A stretch of DNA of 64,000 bases from Bacillota bacterium (GCA_040880305.1 JBBDIP010000044.1:15914-79913); one strand, 5' to 3'. Shown: positions 45,535 through 55,556, numbered from the stretch's first letter. A program made the numbers and translations. The notes: generated from the letters alone by a model not told the origin.

Positions 45535-46107
45535 ATGCCAAGAGGAATCCTATTCATTATTACTGCTCCGTCAGGGTGCGGCAAAGGGACCCTGCGCAAG
45601 GCGCTTCTGGCGGACAATACAGGCGTAAGGTTTTGTCCCTCCGTCACTACCCGGGCGCGTCGTCCCGGGGAGACCGACGGAGTGGATTATTTCTTTGTGT
45701 CAAGGGAAGAATTTACTCGCATGAAAGACGGCGGCGAACTCGCGGAGTGGGCCGAAGTCTATGGGAATATGTACGGGACGCCGGCCAAGAGCATTGAGGA
45801 AACCCTGTCAACGGGCTTTGACGTTATCCTGGAGAAGGACGTCCAAGGCGCGAAGACCCTCCGGGAGGTATACCCAAGAGGGGTTTTCGTTTTTATCCTG
45901 CCGCCTTCTATGGATGAACTCCGGCGACGGATAGGGTGCAGAGGGACGGAGTCCGACCGCGACCAGGAGATTCGCCTCATGAGCGCGGAGAGGGAAATGG
46001 CGGATCTCTCAGCCTTTGATTATGTTATTATCAATGCTGACATTGGAAGGGCTCTGTCAAGACTGTCCGCCGTTGTGGCGGGAGAAAGGGCCCGTTCTGG
46101 AAGATAG
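45535..46107 (+). CDS. gmk: Guanylate kinase
   Basis: P-loop ITAPSGCGKGT and the guanylate kinase fold motifs. Confidence 0.9.
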   Translation: MPRGILFIITAPSGCGKGTLRKALLADNTGVRFCPSVTTRARRPGETDGVDYFFVSREEFTRMKDGGELAEWAEVYGNMYGTPAKSIEETLSTGFDVILEKDVQGAKTLREVYPRGVFVFILPPSMDELRRRIGCRGTESDRDQEIRLMSAEREMADLSAFDYVIINADIGRALSRLSAVVAGERARSGR

Positions 46108-46142
46108 CTCGGTTTTCGCCCGAAGGCTTAGGAGGGCACCAC

Positions 46143-46418
46143 ATGATCAATCGGCCACCGGAGAGAGAGTTGACGATCCTCGATTCAAAATACAGCCTCG
46201 TGGTTGCGGTAGCGAAGAGGGCCAGGCAGCTAATCAATAGGAGAGATCCTGGAGTCGTATTCGCTCACAAACCCGTTATCACTGCCCTGCAGGAAATAAC
46301 TGAGGGCAGGATTCGTGTGGTTAGCAGGCCAGAGGTTAAGCCCGAGACCCCTGGCAAGTCTGTAACCGAAGCGCCTCCGGCCCCCGTCGCCGGTGAGGCC
46401 GAGCAAAAGTCCCAATAA
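46143..46418 (+). CDS. rpoZ: DNA-directed RNA polymerase subunit omega
   Basis: LDSKYSLVVAVAKRARQL is the omega-subunit core. It follows gmk. Confidence 0.9.
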   Translation: MINRPPERELTILDSKYSLVVAVAKRARQLINRRDPGVVFAHKPVITALQEITEGRIRVVSRPEVKPETPGKSVTEAPPAPVAGEAEQKSQ

Positions 46419-46429
46419 CAAGCGGTCTT

Positions 46430-48328
46430 TTGATGCCCGGACGATTCGTTAATCTCATAATGGACGTTCCCGCCCTAATGGACCGGCAGTTCACTTACGA
46501 ACTGCCGGGTTTGGTCATTCTCCCAAAGGGCGCCAAGGTCAGAGTGCCGTTTGGACGGGGCGAGGCCGACGGTTTTGTGGTAGGGGAGAGCCCCCCGCCG
46601 CCCGGCATCGCGATCAAGAGCGTCAAGGCGGTATATGACCTGGAGTTCCTGCCTGGACCTCACCTACAGCGACTCGCCGCGCGTCTCAGCGACTACTACT
46701 GCGCCCCGCTTTCGGCCGCGCTATCTTGCCTATGGCCGCCGGTGGTCCCCAAACGCAAACCGGAGGAGGCCCTCCCGGCGCCTGTGGGCGCTGACTTGGG
46801 AACGCCGCAGCAGCGCGGCGAAGCGATTCTGGTTAGCGGAGACCGGGAATATCGGTGGACTCAGTACCTGGAGCGGTTGCGTCAGGTCAGGGCGCAGGGC
46901 CGGGGCGCCATATTCCTTGTCCCGGAGATCAAGGGGGTCGGAGAAGCCTTCGGCCGGCTGGATGCAGCGCTTCCGGGGGAAGTCTCGTGCCTCCACTCCG
47001 AACTCACGGGCGTCACCAGGAGGGGCGCGTACCTCTCCCTCTGCAGGGATGAGAAGACTGTCGCGCTTGGGACCAGGGCGGCGATCTTCGCGCCGGTGAA
47101 CCGCCTCGGCGTCATCGTTGTGGACGACGAGGCCTCCGAATCCTACAAGTCCCCCGACCTTCCTTTCTACGATTCGCGCACCGTCGCTCTCCTGCGGAGT
47201 CGCATTGACGGGTGCGACGTCATGCTTGGGTCATCGCACCCGACCGTGGAGTCCGTGTGGCGCGCGTCAAGCGGCGATCTGAGATCGCGCAAGCAGGAGT
47301 CGACAGAGTTCGGCCCGCCTTCAACTTTGGTAAACCTAAGGGAGACCAGGCGGGGCAAGGACATCATGGCCCCCGCCCTGATCTGCAGTCTCCAAGAGAC
47401 GTTCGCTGCGGGAAACAGGGCCATCCTGTTCCTTAACAGGCGCGGCGAGTCAACCCAGGTGACCTGTCGGGACTGCGGCAGCACCCTTACGTGCAAACGA
47501 TGCGGGGTCCCGCTGGCCTACCATGCCAAGGAGCTAGCGCTGGTATGTCACACTTGCGGGAGGCGGCAAGAGGCTCCCGAAACATGTCCGAACTGCGGTG
47601 GACGTTCCTGGCGTTTCGCGCGGTTCGGCATCGAGCGCGCCTACTCCGAGTTCACGCGCCTCTTTCCAGGCGTCCCTTTGTTTCGGATGGACAAGGACGC
47701 GGCCAAAGAGGAAAGCGCAGTGAAAGTCTTGGCCGGCTTCTCCGCCGGCGCGCCTGCATGCCTCCTGGCCACCCGCATGGTCCTGGGCTTCACGGGGATC
47801 CCCCGGGTGGGCGCAGTAGGGGTGCTGTCGTGCGACACTCTTTTGAACCTGCCTGACTACAGGGCGGCGGAAAAGGTCTTCCACCTGCTTTGGTCGCTTA
47901 GGGAATTGGTGGACCCCCATCTGCCTTCGGCGGCTTTCGTGGCTCAGACCTATAACCCTGAGAACCACGGGGTGAGGGGGGTTCTGGATCCGGAGGCGTT
48001 CTACCACACCGAGTTGGAGAACCGGCGCCTCCTAGGGTACCCTCCATTCAAGCGGTTCTTCAAAGTCCACCTGCACGGCAGGAACCCTGATAGAGTGCGC
48101 GAGGCGGCCGCCGCTTTCGCCGCCGCTGCCTTGGAGGGGGCCGGTGACATTGACGTCCTGGGGCCGAGTCCGGCTCCAAAGCCGAAAGTGCGCTTGGAAT
48201 ACCGGTGGCAGGTAGGGCTGCGCGGCGCCGACGCCTCTGCCATGGCTTCTCTCCAAAGGCGCGCTGCGGCTTCTGTGGGCGGCGGCGTCAAGGTGTCGGT
48301 CGACGTGGACCCGGTTGACATGGCTTAA
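46430..48328 (+). CDS. priA: Primosomal protein N' (PriA) homologue with degenerate helicase ATPase motifs
   Basis: It has a 3'-DNA-binding-domain-like N-terminus and a Cys4 zinc region (CRDCGSTLTCKRCGVPLAYHAKELALVCHTCG...CPNCGG). Walker A GxGKT is absent (ILVSGDREYRW) and motif II is DDEA (VVDDEASESYK) instead of DEEH. Confidence 0.8.
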   Translation: MMPGRFVNLIMDVPALMDRQFTYELPGLVILPKGAKVRVPFGRGEADGFVVGESPPPPGIAIKSVKAVYDLEFLPGPHLQRLAARLSDYYCAPLSAALSCLWPPVVPKRKPEEALPAPVGADLGTPQQRGEAILVSGDREYRWTQYLERLRQVRAQGRGAIFLVPEIKGVGEAFGRLDAALPGEVSCLHSELTGVTRRGAYLSLCRDEKTVALGTRAAIFAPVNRLGVIVVDDEASESYKSPDLPFYDSRTVALLRSRIDGCDVMLGSSHPTVESVWRASSGDLRSRKQESTEFGPPSTLVNLRETRRGKDIMAPALICSLQETFAAGNRAILFLNRRGESTQVTCRDCGSTLTCKRCGVPLAYHAKELALVCHTCGRRQEAPETCPNCGGRSWRFARFGIERAYSEFTRLFPGVPLFRMDKDAAKEESAVKVLAGFSAGAPACLLATRMVLGFTGIPRVGAVGVLSCDTLLNLPDYRAAEKVFHLLWSLRELVDPHLPSAAFVAQTYNPENHGVRGVLDPEAFYHTELENRRLLGYPPFKRFFKVHLHGRNPDRVREAAAAFAAAALEGAGDIDVLGPSPAPKPKVRLEYRWQVGLRGADASAMASLQRRAAASVGGGVKVSVDVDPVDMA

Positions 48329-48357
48329 GCCTACAAGTACCGTACCCATGAAGGGTG

Positions 48358-49803
48358 ATGCCATTGGCCGTTCTCGACATCCTGACTTTCGAAGACCCGG
48401 TGCTTAGAAAAAAGGCCAAGCCGGTGCCTCGCGTCAACGCGACAGTCCGGAAGACCTTGGACGATATGCTCATGACCATGCGATCGGCCTCGGGCGTTGG
48501 CTTGGCTGCTCCGCAGATAGGCGTGTCCAAGCGTATGGTGGTCGTCGACGTGGGCGAGGGCCCGCATTTTTTGGTGAATCCCGAGATTGTGTCGCGGTCC
48601 GACGAGACCGAGGCCACGTGGGAAGGCTGTCTCAGCTGGCCGGGGTACATCGGGGAAGTGACCCGGCCGCTCCGCGTCACCGTCAAGGCGCTGGATAGAG
48701 ACGGGCACGACGTGTGGGTCGAGGGAGAGGAGTTCTTCGCGAGAGCGCTTTGCCACGAAATTGACCACCTGGACGGCGTGTTATTCATAGACCGAGCAGG
48801 CACCATAGCCGAGGTCCCCAAGGATGAAGAGCCATCCGAGGTGGCGTCGTTGGAGGAGCCGCAGGTCAGCGCCGTGTTCATGGGTAGCCCGGCTTTCGCG
48901 GTGCCCAGTCTTGACGAGATGGTACATGCGGGGATCAAGGTCAAGCTTGTCATTACGCAGCCAGACAGGCCTTCTGGCCGTAGGCAGGTGAAATCACCGA
49001 CGAGTGTGAGAGAACGCGCCGAGAGCCTTGGGCTGCCGGTGCTGGCTTGCGAAGACGTCGCCGCGCCCGAGGTCGTTCAGGCCGTCCTCGACGTGGACCC
49101 CGATTTCGTCGTTGTGGCGGCGTTCGGACAACGGCTGCCGCAGGAGATACTAAGGGCCCCCAAGCAGGCGTGCCTCAATGTGCACCCGTCGTTGCTTCCG
49201 CTGTACCGGGGCGGGAATCCGGTACAACGCGCGGTCATGAATGGGGATTCGACGAGCGGCGTATCAATCATCTACATGAGCCATAGAATGGACGCCGGAG
49301 ACATCGCGGTCCAAAAGGCCCTGGAAGTAGGTCCCCACGAGACGTACGGGACCCTGGAGAGCCGGCTAGCCAGTCTCGGCGCCCATGCGCTGGTCGAGAC
49401 CATCATGCTTGTGAGGGCTGGGGCGGCCGGCAGGACGTCCCAGGATGAGTCGCGGGCGACCAGAGCTCCTCACCTGCGACCGGGTGAGGAAGTGATCGAC
49501 TGGACAGGCCCAGCGCGGACGATCCACAACTTGGTGAGAGGGCTTTCCCCAAGGCCTGGAGCGGTGACCTGGTTTGACGGGCAACGTATTAAGGTGTGGG
49601 AAACAAGGCTTTTGCCAGGGGAAAACGCCTTCGGGACCAAGAGCGGTGTCGTTCTTCGGACGGAAGGGGACATGGTAGTCGTCGCCACTGGCGACGGAGC
49701 CATAGGAGTCCTCGAAGTCCAACCCGACGGCAGGAAGCCGATGACGGCTCTGTCCTTCCTCGCGGGAAGGCAGGAGGCTCCAAGACAGTTCGGGCGGATC
49801 TAA
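48358..49803 (+). CDS. Fused peptide deformylase - methionyl-tRNA formyltransferase (Def-Fmt) single polypeptide
   Basis: Residues 1-~165 carry the Def motifs (GVGLAAPQIG, EGCLSWPG, HEIDHLDGVLF). An acidic linker (AEVPKDEEPSEVASLEEPQVS) follows. Residues ~185-482 are Fmt (VFMGSPAFAVPSL..., with the C-terminal domain). No stop separates them. An AAGGG RBS precedes the ATG. Confidence 0.8.
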   Translation: MPLAVLDILTFEDPVLRKKAKPVPRVNATVRKTLDDMLMTMRSASGVGLAAPQIGVSKRMVVVDVGEGPHFLVNPEIVSRSDETEATWEGCLSWPGYIGEVTRPLRVTVKALDRDGHDVWVEGEEFFARALCHEIDHLDGVLFIDRAGTIAEVPKDEEPSEVASLEEPQVSAVFMGSPAFAVPSLDEMVHAGIKVKLVITQPDRPSGRRQVKSPTSVRERAESLGLPVLACEDVAAPEVVQAVLDVDPDFVVVAAFGQRLPQEILRAPKQACLNVHPSLLPLYRGGNPVQRAVMNGDSTSGVSIIYMSHRMDAGDIAVQKALEVGPHETYGTLESRLASLGAHALVETIMLVRAGAAGRTSQDESRATRAPHLRPGEEVIDWTGPARTIHNLVRGLSPRPGAVTWFDGQRIKVWETRLLPGENAFGTKSGVVLRTEGDMVVVATGDGAIGVLEVQPDGRKPMTALSFLAGRQEAPRQFGRI

Positions 49804-49817
49804 GGGAGGGAAGAGTG

Positions 49818-50501
49818 ATGTTCCTTTTCGACAGCGGTTACTTCCTCTTCGTGTTCCCGGCTCTCATTTTTGCCATGTGGGCTCAGGGAAGGGTAAGGTC
49901 AGCATACCAGACTTATTCGAGGCTCCAGGCGCAGAGCGGCAAGGCGGCCTACGAGGTAGCCGCCAGCCTGCTCAGGGATGCCGGATTGGGCGATGTGCGC
50001 ATTGAGAAGGTCGAGGGCCAGCTTAGCGACCACTATGACCCTCGCAACAGGACTTTGTCGTTGTCACAAGCGACCTATGGCAGCCCGTCGGTTGCGGCGG
50101 TGGCGGTGGCGGCCCACGAGGTCGGTCACGCGGTGCAGCACTCTGTGGGATACGCGCCCCTGGCGATTCGGAACGGCCTGGTTCCGGTGGCCAATATCGG
50201 GTCCAACATGGCCATCCCTCTGTTCTTCATGGGGCTCATCTTCTCTTCGGGTTTCCTCATGGACCTTGGACTGCTCTTCTTCCTGGCTGCGGTCATCTTC
50301 CAGGTGGTTACGCTGCCTGTCGAGTACAACGCCTCCAAGCGCGCCATGGATATGCTGGAAGTCTCGGGCTTCGTTGCCCCTAATGAGATGGTTCCTGTGG
50401 GCAACATGCTAAACGCCGCCGCGCTGACCTACGTCGCGGCGACCGCTGTGGCTCTTGCCCAGTTCCTGCGACTCCTAGCGCTTCGCGGGAGGCGCCGCTA
50501 G
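49818..50501 (+). CDS. Putative neutral zinc metallopeptidase (YpfJ/Zn_peptidase_2 family), membrane-anchored
   Basis: HEVGHAVQH is the HExxH motif. It has N-terminal and C-terminal TM helices. An AGGGAGGGAAG RBS is present. Confidence 0.75.
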   Translation: MFLFDSGYFLFVFPALIFAMWAQGRVRSAYQTYSRLQAQSGKAAYEVAASLLRDAGLGDVRIEKVEGQLSDHYDPRNRTLSLSQATYGSPSVAAVAVAAHEVGHAVQHSVGYAPLAIRNGLVPVANIGSNMAIPLFFMGLIFSSGFLMDLGLLFFLAAVIFQVVTLPVEYNASKRAMDMLEVSGFVAPNEMVPVGNMLNAAALTYVAATAVALAQFLRLLALRGRRR

Positions 50502-51833
50502 TTGCATTCGGGACCCCGGGAGGTAGCCATCCGCATCCTTTGTGAGACGGGCGACACCTCCCGGGCTTCGTATTTTGAGGGGTTGGACGATCCTCGCGAC
50601 CGGGCCCTGGCCAAGGAACTGGCCAGCGGCACGCTGCAATGGCGGGGTCTTGTCGACTACCACCTGGCCCGCTTTTCCGATCGGACGCTTGGGTCTCTTC
50701 GGCCGCGCCTCCTAAGCGCTCTGCGTGTGGGCGTATTTCAACTGCTGTTCACGGGAGTGCCTCAGTACGCTGCGGTGAACTCGGTGGTGGAATCCCTGCG
50801 GCACGGCGGCGAGCGGTCGTTCGCAAACGGTGTGCTCCGCTCTGTCGCGCGTAGCGCCGGGCACCTGGATCTGCCGTCAGTTGACGCTGAGCCACTCAAG
50901 TACATAGCAACCCGATTCTCGCATCCTGAGTGGATCGCGAAAGCGTACCTGCGTCGATTCGGGCTTTCGGATTCCTTGCGCCTCGCGTCACACAACAACC
51001 GTCCTCCGCCGCTGGTCCTGCGCGTAAATCTGCTCAGGGCCACGCGCGAGGACTACCTGCGGCTCCTTCGCGCCAAGGGGTACCGCGCCGAGGAATCTCT
51101 CACCCCCGCGGGCGTCCGGGTGATGGACGGCGCCGACGTCACCTCTCTGCCCGGTTTTCGGGACGGCCTGTTTGTAGTGCAAGACGAGGGGGCCGGGGCG
51201 ATCTCGGCTGCAGTGGGAGTTCAGGCGGGCGAGAGGGTGTGGGACGTCTGCGCGGCACCGGGCGGGAAGACCACGCATATGGCCGAAATGATGGGCGGCA
51301 CCGGGGAAGTGCTGGCGACTGACATCGACCCGGCGCGAGTGGACATGGTCCGGGAGACGGCGAGCAGGCTGGGTCTTCGGAACGTCACTGCCGCGGTCAT
51401 GGACGCGACCGGCGACGGACCCAAGGAGCCAGGGACTTTGTTCGACCGGATACTGCTTGACGCGCCCTGCTCCGGCCTGGGGGTTTTGCGCCGGCGCGCC
51501 GATCTTCGTTGGAATCGCAGGGAGTCGGACGTAGAGAAGATGGCTGCCCGGCAATCCGCTATGCTGGACTCCGTCGCGCCCCGCCTTCGTCCAGGCGGCA
51601 CGCTGGTCTACAGCACATGTACCCTCACCTCGGAAGAGAACGAGTGCGTGTGGAAAGACTTCCTGCGAAAGCACCCCGAGTTCTTGGTTCTTGACCCAAG
51701 GGAGGGAGCCGCCTGCGAGTATCGCCGCCTCTACGCCGGCGAGCGGTTCGCGGGGCCGGGGTATCGTTACATTTTGCCACAAGACTGGGACACAGACGGC
51801 TTTTTTGTAGCGCGCGCCGTCAAAAGGGGTTGA
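50502..51833 (+). CDS. rsmB: 16S rRNA (cytosine967-C5)-methyltransferase with N-terminal NusB-like domain
   Basis: SAM motif VWDVCAAPGGKT and the catalytic DAPCSGLGV region. It is in the conserved position after fmt. Confidence 0.85.
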   Translation: MHSGPREVAIRILCETGDTSRASYFEGLDDPRDRALAKELASGTLQWRGLVDYHLARFSDRTLGSLRPRLLSALRVGVFQLLFTGVPQYAAVNSVVESLRHGGERSFANGVLRSVARSAGHLDLPSVDAEPLKYIATRFSHPEWIAKAYLRRFGLSDSLRLASHNNRPPPLVLRVNLLRATREDYLRLLRAKGYRAEESLTPAGVRVMDGADVTSLPGFRDGLFVVQDEGAGAISAAVGVQAGERVWDVCAAPGGKTTHMAEMMGGTGEVLATDIDPARVDMVRETASRLGLRNVTAAVMDATGDGPKEPGTLFDRILLDAPCSGLGVLRRRADLRWNRRESDVEKMAARQSAMLDSVAPRLRPGGTLVYSTCTLTSEENECVWKDFLRKHPEFLVLDPREGAACEYRRLYAGERFAGPGYRYILPQDWDTDGFFVARAVKRG

Positions 51834-51834
51834 G

Positions 51835-52860
51835 TTGATGCCGAGCGTGTTTGATCTGGATCAAGGGCAGCTGGAGGATCTGCTGGCTAAGGCCGGCGAG
51901 AAACCGTACAGGACCAAGCAGATCTTGGGCTGGATATACCAAAAGTTCGCTTCGTCGTGGGACGAGATGTCGGATCTCCCCGCACGGCTGCGGCAGTATT
52001 TGGTGGAAACCGTCAAGGTTAGCCAATTGGAGCTTCTCCGAATGCAGGAAGGGCAGGAGGAATGGGCGAAGAGATTCCTCTGGGGTCAGGAAGGAAAGCC
52101 GCTCTGCGAGTCCGTGCTTCTTTCGTACAAGTACGGGCTGACAGGTTGCGTATCGACCCAGGTAGGGTGCCCGGTAGGTTGCGCGTTTTGCGCGTCGGCG
52201 CTGCTTGGCTTCGAGCGCAACCTCTCCAAGGGCGAGATCCTGGAAGAGTTCATCGGGATGTGCCGGTCTAAGGGGGAGCGCCTGGGACACTTGGTCTTCA
52301 TGGGGACCGGCGAGCCGTTCCTGAACTACGACAACGTGATGGCGGCGATAGACACCTTGTGCGACCCGGCTTACTACGGACTGTCGCGCAGGAAGGTGAC
52401 CGTATCCACCGTGGGCATTCCGTCTGTGATGAGACGATACGTCGGGGACTGCAGGGGCGCCAGACTGGCTCTTTCGCTTCACGCCCCGGACGATGAAACA
52501 AGGAACCAGATTATACCTATGAACCATCGCTACCCTGTGGCCAGCGTCGTAGGCGAGCTGAGGGAGTTTGCGACTTTGACAGGACAAAGAGTCACCATTG
52601 AGTATATGCTGCTCAAAGGCCTTAACGATTCGGTGGCTGCCGCAGAGAAACTTGGGAAGCTCGTGAACGGGATCGACTGTTTGGTGAACCTCATCCCGTG
52701 GAACGAGGTCCCGGGTTTCCGGTGGCGGGCTCCGGACCCGGCGAGGGTGAAAGAGTTTCAGACTACCCTCGAAAGGAACCGCGTGAAGGTTACGGTACGT
52801 CGTAGATTGGGAGTGAACATCGAAGCGGCTTGCGGGCAGCTCCGCCGAAAGATGTCATAG
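51835..52860 (+). CDS. rlmN: 23S rRNA (adenine2503-C2)-methyltransferase, radical SAM
   Basis: GCPVGCAFCAS (CX3CX2C) and the C-terminal catalytic Cys region. Confidence 0.9.
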   Translation: MMPSVFDLDQGQLEDLLAKAGEKPYRTKQILGWIYQKFASSWDEMSDLPARLRQYLVETVKVSQLELLRMQEGQEEWAKRFLWGQEGKPLCESVLLSYKYGLTGCVSTQVGCPVGCAFCASALLGFERNLSKGEILEEFIGMCRSKGERLGHLVFMGTGEPFLNYDNVMAAIDTLCDPAYYGLSRRKVTVSTVGIPSVMRRYVGDCRGARLALSLHAPDDETRNQIIPMNHRYPVASVVGELREFATLTGQRVTIEYMLLKGLNDSVAAAEKLGKLVNGIDCLVNLIPWNEVPGFRWRAPDPARVKEFQTTLERNRVKVTVRRRLGVNIEAACGQLRRKMS

Positions 52861-52893
52861 AGGCAGAGGGCGCGTTGTTGGGAGGGACCGGGG

Positions 52894-53652
52894 TTGGAGT
52901 GGAGCGCGAAGACGTCGCGAGGTATGGTCCGTCCGGGGAATGAAGATTCCTGGACGGTACAATCGCTCCCCGATGGCTGGTGGCTCGCCATTGTGGCCGA
53001 TGGGATGGGCGGAAACGACGGCGGAGAGATTGCGTCGTCGCTTGCCGTTAAGTATTGCACCGAGTACGTGGTCCAAAACCGCGGAAAGGAGAGTCCCGAG
53101 GAGCTCCTGAATAACGCTCTTGGGTATGGGAACCGCAAGGTGTTCGAGGCCGCCGCCGGGGAGGAAGGCTTTCAGGGGATGGGCACCACCCTCACCGGGA
53201 CCCTCGTGAGCGAGGAGGAGGGCCTGCTCTATGTGGGACATGTCGGAGACAGTCGTGCCTACGTAGCGTCTTCGAGCGGTATCAAACAGATCACCGACGA
53301 CCACTCGATCACGGGCGAACTCCTGCGCAACGGCACTATCACTGAGGAGGACGCAATGCGTCATCCTAGCAAGAACATCCTCACGGCCGCCCTCGGAACC
53401 CAGCACTCCCTTCGCGCCGCCGGCTACCGGGTGGATCTTGGTAAGGGCGACGTCGTGGTATTATGTACTGATGGGCTCACTGGTTTGGTGAGTTCGAAAG
53501 AGATCGAGAAGCTCCTTAGGGAGAGGTCAAGGGATGAGGTCGCCAAGGACCTCGTGGACGTCGCAAATGATCGCGGCGGCTACGATAATGTGACTGTGGT
53601 ACTGCTATGGCCCGAAGTCACCGTGGCCCAAGGCGCCAAGAAGAGGTGGTGA
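52894..53652 (+). CDS. PP2C-family Ser/Thr protein phosphatase (Stp/PrpC-like)
   Basis: GMVRPGNEDS, AIVADGMGG and LCTDGL are PP2C metal-binding motifs. It is paired with the kinase. Confidence 0.85.
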   Translation: MEWSAKTSRGMVRPGNEDSWTVQSLPDGWWLAIVADGMGGNDGGEIASSLAVKYCTEYVVQNRGKESPEELLNNALGYGNRKVFEAAAGEEGFQGMGTTLTGTLVSEEEGLLYVGHVGDSRAYVASSSGIKQITDDHSITGELLRNGTITEEDAMRHPSKNILTAALGTQHSLRAAGYRVDLGKGDVVVLCTDGLTGLVSSKEIEKLLRERSRDEVAKDLVDVANDRGGYDNVTVVLLWPEVTVAQGAKKRW

Positions 53653-53659
53653 CCCTCTG

Positions 53660-55546
53660 ATGCCGCAGGATATCGCGGGAAGGAAAGTCCTAAACCGCTA
53701 CAAGATAATCGAGAAGATCGGTGGAGGCGGGATGAGCGTAGTCTGGAAAGCCTACGACCTTGTCCTCGACCGCAACGTCGCGCTCAAAATCCTGAGACCG
53801 GAGATGAGCGAGGACGAAGACTTCATAAAACGTTTTCGCCGCGAGGCCCAGTCTGTCGCCTCCCTATCGCATCCCAACATCGTCAATATTTACGATGTGG
53901 GAGAGGACCAAGGCCTCTACTTCATCGTCATGGAGCTGATTGGTAAAGGCGAGACCCTTCGGGACTACCTGAAGTCCAAGGGGCGCCTCGGCGTGCAGGA
54001 GTCCCTTGAGATCGCATCCCAAATTTGCGAGGCGCTGTCGCACGCCCATGCCAAGAGGATCATACACAGGGATATCAAACCCCAAAACATCCTGCTTGCA
54101 GGGCACTTAAGCGTCAGAGTGGCCGATTTTGGCATCGCCAGGGCGCTTGGAGCGATGTCGACCACGACCCGGGACATGGTCATAGGGTCTGCTCCATACA
54201 TCTCGCCTGAACAGGCTAAGAACGGACTGGTGTCGACCAAGTCCGACCTTTATTCCCTGGGTGTAGTGCTGTACGAGATGCTGGCAGGCAAGCAGCCGTT
54301 CGCGGGCGACAGCCCGGTGGCTGTGGCCCTGCAGCACGTTGAGGCCAACGCCCCGTCTCTTCGGGAGAACGCGCCTTCGATACCCCAGGCAGTGGACGAG
54401 CTCGTGCAAAAGGCGATGGCCAAAGACCCCCAGCAGCGGTTCCAATCCGCCGACGAAATGCTGGCCGCCATCCGGGCGCTAGAGGCCGGGGCGCCGCAGC
54501 CGGCCGCGCGGGAGGCTACGGGGGAGGCGACGGCGGCCGTGGATCGAGGAGATGCTGATTTGGCCAGGGGACACAATAAACGCAAGCCGCTCTCGCTAGC
54601 AGTAAAGATATTCTTGGGGATCGCGGCGGTCACCCTTCTGACGGTGGCTTACGCACTGTTCGCCTTCAACAGCTGGATCTCGGTGCCAGAGATCGAAGTG
54701 CCCGACGTCGTTGGCAAGTCGCAGGTAGAGGCCCAGGCCATCCTCAAGGAGGCCGGTTTCGTCCTGTCCATTTCTGGCGACCGCTACGACAGCACGGTGC
54801 CCGCAGGCACCGTGCTCTCCCAGAGCCCACTTGGCGGCGAGAAAGCCAAGAAGGGTAGAGACGTCTGGTGCTTCCTTTCCAAGGGTCCGGATTTCGCTAC
54901 TGTGCCCGACGTAGTCGGCAAGGTTTATCCCAGAGAAGTGGAAGTCCTGTTCCGGAACGCGGGCGTGCAGGTGGGCGACGTCGCCTTTTCGGTCCATCCG
55001 ACCATCGCCAAGGGTCAAGTCATCAGCCAGAAGATTCCCCCAGGCCTGGACGTTTCGAAGGACACCCCGGTGGGGCTGGTGGTTTCGTCCGGACCTGAGC
55101 CAACAGTGACCAAGGTACCGCCGCTCACCGGCATGAAAGTCGCGGATGTCCAGGGCGTCCTGGGCGAAGCCTTGTTGGACCTCGGCGTCGTCATGTACCA
55201 GCCATCTGCAACCGCGGCTGCCGGTACAGTGATTAGCCAGGACCCTGTGGCAGGGTCAGAGGTGCTTCTGCGCACAAAGGTCAACGTGTTCGCGGCCGGA
55301 GAGGCGCCCACGCTCAAGCACCCCTATACCAAGAAGTTCGATCCCAAGCTCATGGTCGTCGATGGCAAGCCCACCAGGGTGATCATCTCGGTAAAGGACT
55401 CAACTGGTCAGGATACCGTGGTGTACGATAGGATAGTGCTCCCGACTGATCAAGAGCAGACGGTGGACTTCCAGTGGCAAGGGTCGCAGGCGACCGTCAC
55501 GACGAACCGCGGGGGAAAGATCTCTTTTGAGATAATAAGGCCATAA
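53660..55546 (+). CDS. Ser/Thr protein kinase with C-terminal PASTA repeats (PrkC/PknB-like)
   Basis: Kinase motifs are present: the Lys VALK, HRDIKPQN, DFGIA and APE. A single TM follows, then three PASTA-like repeats (VPDVVGKS..., VPDVVGKV..., VPPLTGMK...). Confidence 0.9.
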   Translation: MPQDIAGRKVLNRYKIIEKIGGGGMSVVWKAYDLVLDRNVALKILRPEMSEDEDFIKRFRREAQSVASLSHPNIVNIYDVGEDQGLYFIVMELIGKGETLRDYLKSKGRLGVQESLEIASQICEALSHAHAKRIIHRDIKPQNILLAGHLSVRVADFGIARALGAMSTTTRDMVIGSAPYISPEQAKNGLVSTKSDLYSLGVVLYEMLAGKQPFAGDSPVAVALQHVEANAPSLRENAPSIPQAVDELVQKAMAKDPQQRFQSADEMLAAIRALEAGAPQPAAREATGEATAAVDRGDADLARGHNKRKPLSLAVKIFLGIAAVTLLTVAYALFAFNSWISVPEIEVPDVVGKSQVEAQAILKEAGFVLSISGDRYDSTVPAGTVLSQSPLGGEKAKKGRDVWCFLSKGPDFATVPDVVGKVYPREVEVLFRNAGVQVGDVAFSVHPTIAKGQVISQKIPPGLDVSKDTPVGLVVSSGPEPTVTKVPPLTGMKVADVQGVLGEALLDLGVVMYQPSATAAAGTVISQDPVAGSEVLLRTKVNVFAAGEAPTLKHPYTKKFDPKLMVVDGKPTRVIISVKDSTGQDTVVYDRIVLPTDQEQTVDFQWQGSQATVTTNRGGKISFEIIRP

Positions 55547-55556
55547 GCGAGGTGCT

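Noticed and set aside
44955-48328. Interpretation of the window as actinobacterial because of mIHF and high GC
   Set aside because: RemA, an alpha/beta SASP with a sigmaG-type promoter, GPR and the def-fmt-rsmB-rlmN-PP2C-PASTA kinase-rsgA-rpe-...-rpmB-asp23-yloV-recG order are Firmicutes/endospore-former signatures.
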